Positions 26,854-37,086 of a stretch of DNA of 64,000 nt are shown in pieces; position 1 is the stretch's first letter; every line of letters begins with the position of its first letter. A model generated the notes under the pieces. That model was not told where the DNA came from, ran no database searches, and was given only the letters and a program-made list of their open reading frames with translations. Made by a program: the position numbers and the translations under genes. Origin of the DNA: an uncultured Muribaculaceae bacterium (GTDB lineage Bacteria; Bacteroidota; Bacteroidia; Bacteroidales; Muribaculaceae); contig CAKUMB010000001.1 in assembly GCA_934667475.1 (NCBI GenBank), positions 279,397-343,396 of the forward strand, read 5' to 3'.

Positions 26854-27507
26854 CTATTCCTTTTCGCCATACAGCAGGTCGCCGGCATCGCCGAGGCCGG
26901 GAATAATGTAGCTGTGCTCGTTCAGCTCGTGGTCGATGTCGCACGTCCACAGTGTGATGCGGTCGCCGGGCAGACGCTTTTTGATGTATTCAATGGCCTG
27001 GTCGGTGGCTATGATGCTGGCCAGGTGCACGTGGCGCGGGTGCCCCTTGGTCATCAGCGCCTGGAAGGCGAGCTCCATCGACGAGCCGGTGGCGAGCATC
27101 GGGTCGACTATGAGCAGCGTCTTGTCGTCGATGCGCGGGCAGGCAATGTACTCGATGTGCACGTTGAATTCGTTTTTGCCCGAATATTTGCGGTAGGCGC
27201 TCACAAATCCGTTTTCGGCTTGGTCGAAGAAGCTGAGGAAGCCTTCGTGAAACGGCAGCCCGGCGCGCAGAATGGTCGACAACACCAGCTTGTCGGCAAT
27301 CACGTTGGTCTTGGCAATGCCCAGCGGGGTTTCGGTGTCGATGGTCTGGTAGTTGAGGCGCTTAGAAATTTCGTAGGCCATGATTTGGCCCAGACGCTGC
27401 ACATTGGCACGGAAGCGCAGCCGCTCTTGTTGCAGGTTTTTGTCGCGCAGTTCGCTCATGAACTGCCCCACAAGCGAGTTTTGGTCGCATAGGTTTATTA
27501 TTTCCAT
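26854..27507 (-). CDS. upp: uracil phosphoribosyltransferase
   Basis: 217 aa with a PRPP-binding motif (LIVDPMLATGSS). The whole sequence is UPRTase-like. Confidence 0.92.
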   Translation of the reverse strand: MEIINLCDQNSLVGQFMSELRDKNLQQERLRFRANVQRLGQIMAYEISKRLNYQTIDTETPLGIAKTNVIADKLVLSTILRAGLPFHEGFLSFFDQAENGFVSAYRKYSGKNEFNVHIEYIACPRIDDKTLLIVDPMLATGSSMELAFQALMTKGHPRHVHLASIIATDQAIEYIKKRLPGDRITLWTCDIDHELNEHSYIIPGLGDAGDLLYGEKE

Positions 27508-27516
27508 AGCAGTGTT

Positions 27517-28476
27517 TTATAGTGAGTTTTGTGAATTGTTGTCATCGTTGTTGTTCAGCAGCTGGCGCGAGGTGTCGCGGTCGGTGGCCAGCTGGCGCTT
27601 AAGTTCGTCGATAGACCCGAGTTTGAATTCCAGCCGCAGGAATCGCACAAATTCCACCTCAATCGGCTCGCCATATATGTCGGCGTCGAAGTCGAATATG
27701 TTGGCCTCAACGCTCAGCTGCGGCCCATTGGACAGGGTGGGGCGCACGCCCACGTTCACCATGCCCTGCCACAGCCTGCCCAGCACCCTAACGCGCACCG
27801 CATAGGCACCATTGTGGGGCAGAATCACCTCGGGGTCGATGTTGCCAAGGTTGGCGGTGGGGAAGCCTATTTTATGGCCGTTGCGGAAGCCGTGCACCAC
27901 GGTGCCGCTCACAGTGTAGGGGTGGCCCAGGCAGCGGCCGGCGTCGTCGACCTTGCCGCTGGCAATGAGGCGGCGGATTATCGACGAGCTCACAGGCGCG
28001 TATTCGCCGAGATATTCAGGGGCTTTAATCACCTGCACGCCCACGCGGCGGCCGTTGGCCGTGTAGTCGGCAAACGTCTCGCTGCGGTTGTGTCCGAAGT
28101 GGTGGTTGTAGCCCACCATCAGCTGCTTCACCCCGAAGGAGTCGCGCAGCAGTTGCATAAACTCAGTAGAGTCGTGGAGCGACAGCTGCACCGTGAAGTC
28201 GAGCAAAATCACGTAGTCGATGCCGAAACGTCCGATTTCATCGATTCTTTTCCGTAGCGGCATTATCAGTTTCAGCGGCTCACCACTTTTGCCCAACACA
28301 TTTTGCGGATGCTCGCGAAAAGTGACTACGGCTGTTTTCAGCCCCGCATTTTGCGCTTCGGTCTTGAGTGCTTGCAGCAGCGTGGCATGGCCTCGGTGCA
28401 CGCCGTCGAACATGCCTATGGTGGCTGCCAGCCCCACACCGTGCAGTGTGGTCCCCTGCTTAATGACCTGCGTCAT
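27517..28476 (-). CDS. ribF: bifunctional riboflavin kinase / FMN adenylyltransferase
   Basis: 319 aa. The N-terminal FAD synthetase region carries GMFDGVHRGH, and the C-terminal half is a riboflavin kinase. Confidence 0.92.
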   Translation of the reverse strand: MTQVIKQGTTLHGVGLAATIGMFDGVHRGHATLLQALKTEAQNAGLKTAVVTFREHPQNVLGKSGEPLKLIMPLRKRIDEIGRFGIDYVILLDFTVQLSLHDSTEFMQLLRDSFGVKQLMVGYNHHFGHNRSETFADYTANGRRVGVQVIKAPEYLGEYAPVSSSIIRRLIASGKVDDAGRCLGHPYTVSGTVVHGFRNGHKIGFPTANLGNIDPEVILPHNGAYAVRVRVLGRLWQGMVNVGVRPTLSNGPQLSVEANIFDFDADIYGEPIEVEFVRFLRLEFKLGSIDELKRQLATDRDTSRQLLNNNDDNNSQNSL

Positions 28477-29102
28477 AGTCCCAATCGGTTAATGGTTTGC
28501 ATAAACTCGGTGCCTGCTTCCACCAGTTCGGCATTGAAGCCGAGGGCGCGGGCAGCGTCCACATTGGCCTGCCCGTCGTCGAAAAACATGGTTTCCTCGG
28601 GCCTGATGCCCATTGTGGCCACGGCGTAATCGAATATTTTCTTGTCGGGCTTGCAGGCCTTGGCTTCAAACGAAGTGGTGATTCCATCGAAGTAATCGGC
28701 CATTTCCAGCCCCTCGGCGCGAAACAGCTGTGCTATGCGGTTGTGAAACATTATGGGGTTGGTGTTCGACAGCACATACACCCCATAGCGCTTGCGCAGC
28801 TGACGCAGGGCTTGCAGCCGCTGCACCGGCAGGCCTGTGATGAAGGCGTTGAGGGCGCCGTCGATTTCCTCATTGGTCACGTGGCGGCTGAAGTGGCGGC
28901 GCATTTCGTCGTGGAATTCGTCGGCGCTTATGGCGCCACTTTCGAGGCTGCCAAACGCACTCGTCTGTGCATAGAGGCCAATCATGTCGTCGGCGTCGCG
29001 CATGCCCAGCTGCTTGAGCCGCGACACGCACTGCTCGCGCTCGATGCTTATCACCACGCCGCCCAGGTCGAACAGCAGGTTTTTAATCTTGCCAGTCATC
29101 AT
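28473..29102 (-). CDS. HAD-superfamily hydrolase
   Basis: HAD motif I (DxD-type) NLLFDLGGVV is at the N-terminus. The stop overlaps the ribF start, and the start abuts or overlaps the SDR stop. Confidence 0.8.
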   Translation of the reverse strand: MMTGKIKNLLFDLGGVVISIEREQCVSRLKQLGMRDADDMIGLYAQTSAFGSLESGAISADEFHDEMRRHFSRHVTNEEIDGALNAFITGLPVQRLQALRQLRKRYGVYVLSNTNPIMFHNRIAQLFRAEGLEMADYFDGITTSFEAKACKPDKKIFDYAVATMGIRPEETMFFDDGQANVDAARALGFNAELVEAGTEFMQTINRLGL

Positions 29103-29971
29103 TTGGCCATTTCTTTTTTCATCAGGCGCATGGTGTCGTTGCACAACTTAATGAACACCTCGCGGCTCTTGAGCGTGGTCGATGCTTTCACCTGATTTTC
29201 AACGCCCTTGAATATAAAGCCAGTGTCCTTCGACTCCAATGCGCGCATGGTGGATATGGCGCCGTTCTCGGGGTTGTGGATGAGTGTGGCCATGTGTTCG
29301 GCCATGCGGTTGAATAGGCGGTTCATTGTGAGCATTCCGGTGTTCACCAGTCCGGGGTCGGCCATGTTCACCATGATGCGCTTGGTGCGCATGGTGGTCG
29401 ACAGGTAGATTGAAAACAGCGTCAGGGCCAGCTTGCTTTGCGCATACACCGCCAGCGGCATGAAGCGGCTGATGGCGCTCACTGCCGGGAACTCAAACGG
29501 CAGCGTCACGAAGTTGCGCATGTGCGAGGTGCTGAGCACTATGTGGCCGTCCTGCACAATCAGCGGCTCAACCATGAGAGCCAGCAGCGCTGCGCTCAAA
29601 AAGTTGACTTGCACGGTGCGCTCATAGCCGTCGGCGCTCGTCTCGCGGGTGCGGGTGAGCACAGCGGCATTGTTGATGAGTGCTGCCACTGGGCGGTTGA
29701 GCGCCTTAAGGCCACCCACAAATTCGCGCACGCCGCCAAACGAGCCCATGTCGAGGTGCATGCAGGTGATGTCGGCATTGCCGGTGGCGCTTTTCAGCTC
29801 TTCGGCCAGCGCCTTGCCGCGCTCGGCGCGGCGGCATGCCAGCACCAGCGGTTTGCCCTGCTCGGCCAGCTGGCGTGAAATCACGCTGCCCATAGCTCCG
29901 GTGGCCCCGGTCACTATATACACGGGTCGCAGCTGCTGCGCCCCGTCCTTGTCCTGATTGTTGTTAGCCAT
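29099..29971 (-). CDS. short-chain dehydrogenase/reductase (SDR)
   Basis: 290 aa with the Rossmann motif TGATGAMGS. The catalytic YxxxK region is YAQSK. Confidence 0.85.
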   Translation of the reverse strand: MANNNQDKDGAQQLRPVYIVTGATGAMGSVISRQLAEQGKPLVLACRRAERGKALAEELKSATGNADITCMHLDMGSFGGVREFVGGLKALNRPVAALINNAAVLTRTRETSADGYERTVQVNFLSAALLALMVEPLIVQDGHIVLSTSHMRNFVTLPFEFPAVSAISRFMPLAVYAQSKLALTLFSIYLSTTMRTKRIMVNMADPGLVNTGMLTMNRLFNRMAEHMATLIHNPENGAISTMRALESKDTGFIFKGVENQVKASTTLKSREVFIKLCNDTMRLMKKEMAK

Positions 29972-30089
29972 AGCTTTAATCTCTATTTTGCGTTATAACG
30001 TAAGTGTCTTGGTTATTGTTGCAAAAGTACTGAAATTTGAGCGATTGGCACCAATGCCATGAATTAATAAAAGTGAACACGCCATGGCG

Positions 30090-30125
30090 CAAAAAACGGC
30101 CCCGCTCCATCTCGGGGCGGGGCCG
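30090..30125 (-). terminator. rho-independent terminator after prolyl oligopeptidase gene (minus strand)
   Basis: A 9-bp stem, CGGCCCCGC (30097-30105) / GCGGGGCCG (30117-30125), preceded on the plus strand by AAAAAA (a T-run on the minus strand after the hairpin). Confidence 0.5.
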
Positions 30126-30176
30126 TGATCCGTTTTGTGCGGTGAAATGGCGCGTTTTTGGCCTATTCTGTTGCCG

Positions 30177-32294
30177 CTACTTGCTGTAGTGGTATTTCAC
30201 ACCAAGGTTTTGCATGATGAACGACTGCACATCGGTGTATTCCTCAATCACCTTGGCCACTGGCTTGCCGTGCCCGTGTCCGGCCTTGCTGTCGATGCGT
30301 ATCAGCTTGGGGGCCGAACCGGTGTTGGCCGCCTGAAGCGTGGCCGCATACTTAAACGAGTGCGCGGGCACCACGCGGTCGTCGTGGTCGCTGGTGGTGA
30401 CCATGATGGCGGGATAGCGCGTGCCGTCGTTCTTTATGTTGTGCAGGGGCGAGTAGCGCAGCAGGTATTGGGCCATTTCGCTGCTGTCGTCGCTGCGGCC
30501 GTAGTCGTGTGCCCAGTTCCAGCCTATGGTGAACAGGTGGTAGCGCATCATGTCCATCACACCCACCTGGGGCACTGCGGCGGCATAGAGGTCGGGCCTC
30601 TGGTTGACCACCGCGCCCACCAGCAGACCGCCGTTGCTGCCGCCGTTGCAGGCCAGCTTGGCTGGGCAGGTGAAGCCCTCCTTGATGAGATATTCGGCGG
30701 CGGCAATGAAGTCGTCAAACACATTCTGCTTTTTCAGCTTGGTGCCGGACTCGTGCCACTGCTCGCCATATTCGCCGCCGCCGCGCAGGTTGGCCACGGC
30801 ATACACGCCGCCCATGTCGAGCATGGCAAAGGGCACGCGGTAGTAGCTGAAGGCCGGGTTCATGCTAATGTTGAAGCCCCCGTAGCCATACACCAGCGTG
30901 GGGCGCTGGCCGTCGCGCTTGATGCCTTTTTTGTAGATGAGAAACATGGGAATCTTTGTGCCGTCGTTGCTGGTGTAGAACACTTGCTCGGTGACGTAGC
31001 GCGACGGGTCGAGCGGCACTTTGGGGGCGAACACCAGCCGCGACTCGCCGCTGGCCATGTCGTAGTTGTAGACGCGCGCCGGAGCGGTGTAGGACGTGAA
31101 GGTGTAGAACACCTCGCTGTCGGTGTTTTTGCAGCTAAAGTTCACCGAGCCGAATGTGGGCAGCTTGATTTCGCGCAGCTCCTTGCCCTCGGCCGAATAC
31201 AGGTAGGGGTGGTTTGACGCGTCTTTGTCGTAGGTGGCTATGAATTTATGATCGGCCATGTCGACGCCCGACAGCACCCACTGCTTTTCTGCGATGAAAT
31301 CGGCCACATTGGCCTCGCCAAGATGGTTGGCATCGAAGGCCACCACCTTCCAGCATGGAGCTCCGGCATTGGTGTGAACATAGATTTTGCCGTTGTCAAC
31401 GCCAATGGGCGTGCAGGTGTGTTTTATGTCGCCGGCCAGGCGCACGTAGTGCGGGTTGCGGTCGTTGAGGTCTTTAGCATACAGGCGGTTGCCGTCGCCG
31501 TCGCTCTCAAGGATGAACACAAACCGCTCGTCGTCGCTCACCGATGCCTGGTAGAACAGTAGCGGGTTGGTGTGGCTGCGGTATTCCACATAGTCATCGC
31601 TTTGCGGAGTGCCCAGTTTGTGATACATTACCTTGTGGTATTCGTTTTTCGACGACTTCGCATCCTCGGGGGCGTCGTAGGCGCTGTAGAAGAATCCGTC
31701 GCCCAGCCACTGTGCGTCGGTGAACTTGGCCCACCGTATGTGGTCGGGCAGCTGCTGTCCTGTGGCCAGGTCGAGCACGTATATCTCGTTCCAGTCGCTG
31801 CCGTTGCGGGTGATTACGTAGGCCAGATAGCGGCCGTCGTGCGAGAAGTTGAGCTGCTGCAGGGCTACAGTGCCGTCGTCGCTCAGTTTGTTGGGGTCGA
31901 GCACCACGCGCGGCGTGCCGTTGAGCGCGTCTTTCACATAAAGCACGCTTTGGTTTTGCAGCCCGTTGTTGTCGAAGTAGTAGTATTTGCCCTTCACCTT
32001 CATGGGCGCGCCCATTTTCTCGTAGTTGGCCAGCTCGGTGATGCGCTTCTTCACCGCGTTGCGGAATGGGATTTTGTTCAGATAGTCGCGGGTCACCTTG
32101 TTTTCGGCGCTGACCCACTGGGCCGTTTCGGCGCTGGTGTCGTTTTCGAGCCAGCGGTAGGGGTCGGCCACCTTGGTGCCAAAGTAGTCGTCGGTGACGT
32201 CGACCCGTTTAGCTGCCGGATATTTCAGAGCCGCATGGCTGCTGCCGGCAATCAGTAGAGTGCTGCACATGAGCGCAATTCGTTTGATAGTCAT
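30177..32294 (-). CDS. prolyl oligopeptidase (S9A family)
   Basis: 705 aa with a signal peptide. N-terminal POP propeller motifs are DDYFGTKVADPYRWLE. The C-terminal S9 catalytic domain has GGSNGGLL (the Ser nucleophile), then the D and H residues. Confidence 0.9.
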   Translation of the reverse strand: MTIKRIALMCSTLLIAGSSHAALKYPAAKRVDVTDDYFGTKVADPYRWLENDTSAETAQWVSAENKVTRDYLNKIPFRNAVKKRITELANYEKMGAPMKVKGKYYYFDNNGLQNQSVLYVKDALNGTPRVVLDPNKLSDDGTVALQQLNFSHDGRYLAYVITRNGSDWNEIYVLDLATGQQLPDHIRWAKFTDAQWLGDGFFYSAYDAPEDAKSSKNEYHKVMYHKLGTPQSDDYVEYRSHTNPLLFYQASVSDDERFVFILESDGDGNRLYAKDLNDRNPHYVRLAGDIKHTCTPIGVDNGKIYVHTNAGAPCWKVVAFDANHLGEANVADFIAEKQWVLSGVDMADHKFIATYDKDASNHPYLYSAEGKELREIKLPTFGSVNFSCKNTDSEVFYTFTSYTAPARVYNYDMASGESRLVFAPKVPLDPSRYVTEQVFYTSNDGTKIPMFLIYKKGIKRDGQRPTLVYGYGGFNISMNPAFSYYRVPFAMLDMGGVYAVANLRGGGEYGEQWHESGTKLKKQNVFDDFIAAAEYLIKEGFTCPAKLACNGGSNGGLLVGAVVNQRPDLYAAAVPQVGVMDMMRYHLFTIGWNWAHDYGRSDDSSEMAQYLLRYSPLHNIKNDGTRYPAIMVTTSDHDDRVVPAHSFKYAATLQAANTGSAPKLIRIDSKAGHGHGKPVAKVIEEYTDVQSFIMQNLGVKYHYSK

Positions 32295-32326
32295 AAATGT
32301 GGATTATGCAAAAAAGTTTTGTTGTC

Positions 32327-33304
32327 TTAGTAGCTGTAGATGACGGCGGTGAGCGTTTGGCCCACGGCGTGCAGTGTGCCGGCGTCGAGGCGGTCGAAGG
32401 TGTCGTGGGTGGTGTGCCAGCCGTCGTAGAAGCCCGTGGGCGAGTCGGTGCGCATGTCAATTATGTCGAGGCACGGGATTCCGGCCACTTTGTTTACTGC
32501 AATGTGGTCGTCGGTCACACCGCCGCCGTTGCCGTCGGTGAAGTAGGCGCCAAATCCGGCTTCGGCCGCGGCGCTCCACACCATTTCCACAAAGTTCTGG
32601 GCATACTGCATCGAGAAGTATTCGCGGGCAAACTTTGCGCCCGACGCTCCCACCATGTCGACCACTATGCCAAACATGGGCTTGCTGGCGTCGTCATAGT
32701 GCGGATGGGCGGCCCAGTACTGCGTGCCCAGTGCCCAACTGTCTTCGTCGTCGCTGCTGCCCCAGTCCTCAGCGTCGACTAGCACAATGTCGACACCCAC
32801 ATTGGGGCGCTTGGCCTTCATTTGCCGCGCCAGTTCAAGCAGCACGGCCACACCGCTCGCCCCGTCGTTTGCCCCCATCACGGGCTTGCGGTGGTTGGCT
32901 GGGTCGGGGTCGTTGTCGGCCCATGGGCGGCAGTCCCAGTGTGCCATGAGCAGAATGCGCTGCTCGGCATCGGGGTTTACTACGCCTATTATGTTGCTCA
33001 GCTGCAGGTGCTTGCCATCGAATGTGGTGGCTTCGCCATGCTGAATCCAGGCACTGTCGCACAGACGCTGCATGGTGGCCGTGAGCCACTGGGCACACTG
33101 CTTGTGGGCTTCGGTGGCAGGCACGCGAGGCCCGAAGTCGCATTGGGTCTTGGCAAATGCGAGTGCGCTGTCGCCGCTGAATTGCGGCACTGCCGCTGCG
33201 GCCATGTCGGCCGTGTCAGGCTGGGTCGCGTTGCTGTTGCTGTGGCAGCTGCCGCTGCCCAAAATCATGGCTAATGCTATTGCCATAAAGCCAATAAGTT
33301 TCAT
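32327..33304 (-). CDS. M28-family zinc peptidase (aminopeptidase/glutaminyl-cyclase-like)
   Basis: 325 aa with a lipoprotein signal. M28 metal-binding residues are present (HWDS, DDGASG, ...E...H). Confidence 0.78.
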   Translation of the reverse strand: MKLIGFMAIALAMILGSGSCHSNSNATQPDTADMAAAAVPQFSGDSALAFAKTQCDFGPRVPATEAHKQCAQWLTATMQRLCDSAWIQHGEATTFDGKHLQLSNIIGVVNPDAEQRILLMAHWDCRPWADNDPDPANHRKPVMGANDGASGVAVLLELARQMKAKRPNVGVDIVLVDAEDWGSSDDEDSWALGTQYWAAHPHYDDASKPMFGIVVDMVGASGAKFAREYFSMQYAQNFVEMVWSAAAEAGFGAYFTDGNGGGVTDDHIAVNKVAGIPCLDIIDMRTDSPTGFYDGWHTTHDTFDRLDAGTLHAVGQTLTAVIYSY

Positions 33305-33377
33305 ATCGTCAGTACAAAGTTATGTTTTGGTGGTGCAAAGATAGTGCAAATCGCTGATAAATGCACGCATTAGCCGG

Positions 33378-35111
33378 CTAACGCCCCCGGTGTGCGGCAA
33401 TCCAGGCAGGCGGCGCCAACAGCGTGAAGTAGCGGTCGGAGTAGATGGGCCGATAGTCGTTTTCTGCGATGAAATGGTTGATTATGTCCAGCTTTTTGTC
33501 GTTCATGTAGGCGTTGTGCATGTCGTAGCTGCGCAGACGTGCCTCGCTTGGCGCACCCCACACCTCGCCAATGGTGCTGAACTTTTGGCGCAGAATCAGC
33601 GGTCGGGCAGGGCTGGCGTTTAGTTTGTCGCTAAGCATCGACGGGCTCAGCAACTCGGGCCATGAGCAACCAATGTGCGGGCAGGTGCGGGTCAGGTAGT
33701 TGACCATGGGAATGCTGCCGAATGCCATCAGTGTGTCGCCAGGCGCTAAATAATTGGCCGTGCCTTTGAGCATGGCATTGATGGCTGCGGCGCGCTCGGG
33801 CGAGGTGTGCAGCAGCCTTGTCCGGTCGCTGCCTATGGTGGCCGTCTTCTGCCACACGGGGCCGCGCTCGAAGTACAGGTCGCCGCCTATCATCCGCGCT
33901 GCGCAGCACACCACCAGCACCGCCACAAATGGAGCCAGCGGGCGCCTGCCCCACAGGTTCATAGCCACCGGTGCCGCCGTCATGGCAATTAGTGAGCCGT
34001 TGTTTATGGCGCCGTTGTCGCTGCCCAGTGGGAAGGCCAGCAGCATAAACAGTCCCAGCCAGGCGGCCGTCTTCAGATTGGTGCTGCTGTGTGTGGCTAT
34101 TGTCCATGCGCAGCCCGATACGCACATTCCCCACACAGGCATCACTTCGGGCATGCGCGCCATAATCCATACGGCCGCGCCAAGGCACACCGTCAGCACG
34201 GCGGCCTGTGGCAGCGGCTGCCTAATGCGTCGCCGTGCCAGGCTCCACACGGCGGCCACGCTGCCAAATTTTGCCAAGGCCCACAGGGCTTTGGCGTAGA
34301 ACTTGAGCTGCACAGCAATCATCGATGCCATATTGTGCGACGAGTCGTCGTCGGCCGATATGCTTTGCAAGTCGCGCAGGTTGCTGCAAAACAAATCAAA
34401 GTGCCCCAGCGCAAGCATAAGCAGCACCATCAGCCCCATGCCGGCGAGCATCGCGCCTGCAAATGCTGCCGCCATCATGGTGGCCCGCTTGGCGCCGCCA
34501 TTGCCGTGGAGTGCGCTTAGTGCGGGGACAATGGCGAGTGCCACCGCCACCACATTGGGCGTGCGCACAAACACGTTGATGCCGGCTGCCAGACCCGAGG
34601 CGGCCACCAGCGCCGCACTGCCCGAGTGCAGGCCGCGCATCATCAGCCCAATTGATGTGGTGTAGAGCAATATAGATATTATGTCGTGGTTGAGCGCTAG
34701 CACGGCCGGCGCATAGCATATTATGGCCACGGCCAGCCCGGCGAGTGTGGCCTTTGTGCCCACCGAGCGGCGCAGCGCGCCAAATGCGGCGGCCGCTGCC
34801 GCCAGCACCAGCAGCATTCCTGCCACACGCATCCCCACAATGCCTATGCCGGGAAGTGCCATGCGCACCAGTCCGCCCACCAGTCCGCTGGCGTAATACA
34901 TAAAGTTGTATTCCACCGTGCCAGGACGGGTGAAGATGTTGTCGAAAAACGTGAGGTAGAATCCCGTGTCGCACATGTCGAGCCCGCACACCATGGCCGG
35001 AATCTGGTAGATGAACAAGATTGCCGCCAGTGCACCGAAGGCTGCCCATGGGTGACGGTCGGCAAAGGCCGACGTCCGGGCCCACAGTGAACTTGTACGT
35101 TTAAAAATCAT
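33378..35111 (-). CDS. polytopic membrane glycosyltransferase-like protein (ArnT/PMT-like, GT39/GT83-type; inferred)
   Basis: 577 aa with more than 10 predicted TM segments. The N-terminal loop resembles an ArnT/PMT-type fold. No catalytic motif was identified with certainty. Confidence 0.55.
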   Translation of the reverse strand: MIFKRTSSLWARTSAFADRHPWAAFGALAAILFIYQIPAMVCGLDMCDTGFYLTFFDNIFTRPGTVEYNFMYYASGLVGGLVRMALPGIGIVGMRVAGMLLVLAAAAAAFGALRRSVGTKATLAGLAVAIICYAPAVLALNHDIISILLYTTSIGLMMRGLHSGSAALVAASGLAAGINVFVRTPNVVAVALAIVPALSALHGNGGAKRATMMAAAFAGAMLAGMGLMVLLMLALGHFDLFCSNLRDLQSISADDDSSHNMASMIAVQLKFYAKALWALAKFGSVAAVWSLARRRIRQPLPQAAVLTVCLGAAVWIMARMPEVMPVWGMCVSGCAWTIATHSSTNLKTAAWLGLFMLLAFPLGSDNGAINNGSLIAMTAAPVAMNLWGRRPLAPFVAVLVVCCAARMIGGDLYFERGPVWQKTATIGSDRTRLLHTSPERAAAINAMLKGTANYLAPGDTLMAFGSIPMVNYLTRTCPHIGCSWPELLSPSMLSDKLNASPARPLILRQKFSTIGEVWGAPSEARLRSYDMHNAYMNDKKLDIINHFIAENDYRPIYSDRYFTLLAPPAWIAAHRGR

Positions 35112-35319
35112 TGCGTTCAGTATAGCTGCTTAATGGTTCAAAATTAGTCACATTTTGCCACACAGCCAACTCTTTGTGCGCATTTGACGTAAAAATATGC
35201 GTGGTTTTTCTTGGCTTTGACAGATAAAAAGGCTACATTTGCCCGATGTTGAAGAGTTTGCAACACAACTAACTAAATAAATATAATCAATTTAATCAAT
35301 TAAACATTTCACTAAATTT

Positions 35320-35850
35320 TTGGCAGCCATTGCTTTGGTCGCTGCCGCATGCGTGGGCTTTGCCTCATGTGGCAATGATAAAAAAGGTGATGAACCGAAA
35401 CCATCGTCGAAACTGACCCTAATCAACACATTCAAATTTTCAGCTTCGGCCGATTTGGTGGCGCTTGCCGACATCACTGTGGATTACACCGACTTTGCCG
35501 GGGTTAAGCACACCAAGGCTATAACTGCCGGTGAAAACGAGATTAAGTTCAGCTCCACTACGTTCCCCGTAAGTTCATCGTTTGTAGTCACGATGACGCC
35601 TAAAACCGCCGAACTGGCAAAGAACAAATATGACATAAAATATAGTGAGGGACTTGACGTCGATGTGCAGCAGGCCGACGGAAAGATTGCGGCTATAGGC
35701 GAATTCGGTAAATATTCCCAAAGCCTCACTGGACTTAAGAAAGAGGGCGTATCGGTAATGCTTCCAAAAATCAAGAAAACGATTGAAACCTATAATGCTG
35801 ACTACAGCCACCAGTACTTCAACAACAACGGCTCTATCACATTCAAGTAA
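35320..35850 (+). CDS. hypothetical lipoprotein
   Basis: 176 aa with a lipoprotein signal (AACVGFASCGND). AT-rich local region. Confidence 0.5.
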   Translation: MAAIALVAAACVGFASCGNDKKGDEPKPSSKLTLINTFKFSASADLVALADITVDYTDFAGVKHTKAITAGENEIKFSSTTFPVSSSFVVTMTPKTAELAKNKYDIKYSEGLDVDVQQADGKIAAIGEFGKYSQSLTGLKKEGVSVMLPKIKKTIETYNADYSHQYFNNNGSITFK

Positions 35851-36015
35851 TCAGCCCTCAGGCATAGAATAAAAGTGGCAGCATTCAGCCAAATAATGGG
35901 TGTTGCCATTTCTTTTGCCTGTTATGTGGTAAAAATACCATATAAAGTTTGCATTATGCCAATCTATGCACTATCTTTGCATCCACAAAAATGTAATGAC
36001 AAAATCTAAGCTATC

Positions 36016-36483
36016 ATGAATTCAAAAAAAGAAATGCGCCTGAAGCGCGACAGCGAACTGCTCAACTTGTTTCAGGAGGCCCTGATGGCCTTCATCGGGC
36101 ACAACACCAAAGATCCCCGGAAAAAAGCCCTTGAGTTTGCCCTGGCCAACGGCCATCCACACTACTACGTGAGCCACAGCCGCGCCTATCCCGTGGTGTG
36201 CAGCATAATCAGGCGCGGAGTTAACCCCGTGAAGATGCCCGACCAGTCGCAGATGTGGGACGAGATTGCCGCCAAGGTGCGCCAGGCCATGGACTCTGGC
36301 GTGCCAAGCATCAACAAAGCCCTGGAGTTTGTGCTGCAAAACTGCCGCGCCTCACGCTTTTTCATATCCTACCCCTATGCGCGGCGCCACACCTATGTGG
36401 CCTGCAAAGAGCGGAGCCGGGCCGTGAAGCGCACATTCAAGGTGCGCAATCCTGTGGCCGACAGTGCCTTTGGGGCTGTGTGA
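36016..36483 (+). CDS. hypothetical protein
   Basis: 155 aa with no recognisable motifs. Its coding potential is consistent with its neighbours. Confidence 0.45.
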   Translation: MNSKKEMRLKRDSELLNLFQEALMAFIGHNTKDPRKKALEFALANGHPHYYVSHSRAYPVVCSIIRRGVNPVKMPDQSQMWDEIAAKVRQAMDSGVPSINKALEFVLQNCRASRFFISYPYARRHTYVACKERSRAVKRTFKVRNPVADSAFGAV

Positions 36484-36540
36484 GCTGCCGCCCAAAGCAC
36501 AACCAATCATCACTAACCAATTAAAACAGAATCAACCGCC

Positions 36541-36990
36541 ATGAATGAAACACAGCAGACGGCCACAGTAGATGTGGCCGTAGACCTCGATGAGATTTTC
36601 AACCTGATTTATGCCGAAAGCGACTGGATATCGGCCCACAACGGCAGCTACTACCGCCTCAGTCCCGACAATGCGCCCATGCTGCGCCTTAGGGTGGGCG
36701 AGGGCTATGCCCAGTTGCAGCCGCGCCTGCAGCCCTACTTGCTATGGGCTAACTACAACCCCAATATTGAGCAGCGCAACCTCACCCTCACGCTGCAGTT
36801 CGAGCACCCGCAGCCGTCAAGCCTCACCTCCACCATCCACCAGCTGGTGGTGCAGCTGCTGGCCTACTATGCGCTGATGCGCTTCTACGATGGCCGCACC
36901 GACCTCTATGCCACTGCGTGGCGGCGGTGCAACGCACAGCTGATGCTGATGTTTGCCCGCGATGCCAACCGCGGCTGCGCATTGCCATAG
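36541..36990 (+). CDS. hypothetical protein
   Basis: 149 aa with no recognisable motifs. Confidence 0.45.
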   Translation: MNETQQTATVDVAVDLDEIFNLIYAESDWISAHNGSYYRLSPDNAPMLRLRVGEGYAQLQPRLQPYLLWANYNPNIEQRNLTLTLQFEHPQPSSLTSTIHQLVVQLLAYYALMRFYDGRTDLYATAWRRCNAQLMLMFARDANRGCALP

Positions 36991-37086
36991 CAAATGGCCC
37001 ATTTCATCGAACAAATCAGGCGCCCACGGCAGCATTTCTGCTTTGCCGTGGGCGCCTGTATGTCTGTTGGCTGGGGCGTTTGTGCG

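Noticed and set aside
35112-35320. Candidate TAnnTTTG promoter upstream of lipoprotein gene 35320
   Set aside because: The closest sequence, TAAATTTTTG, does not fit the TAnnTTTG spacing, so no promoter was called.
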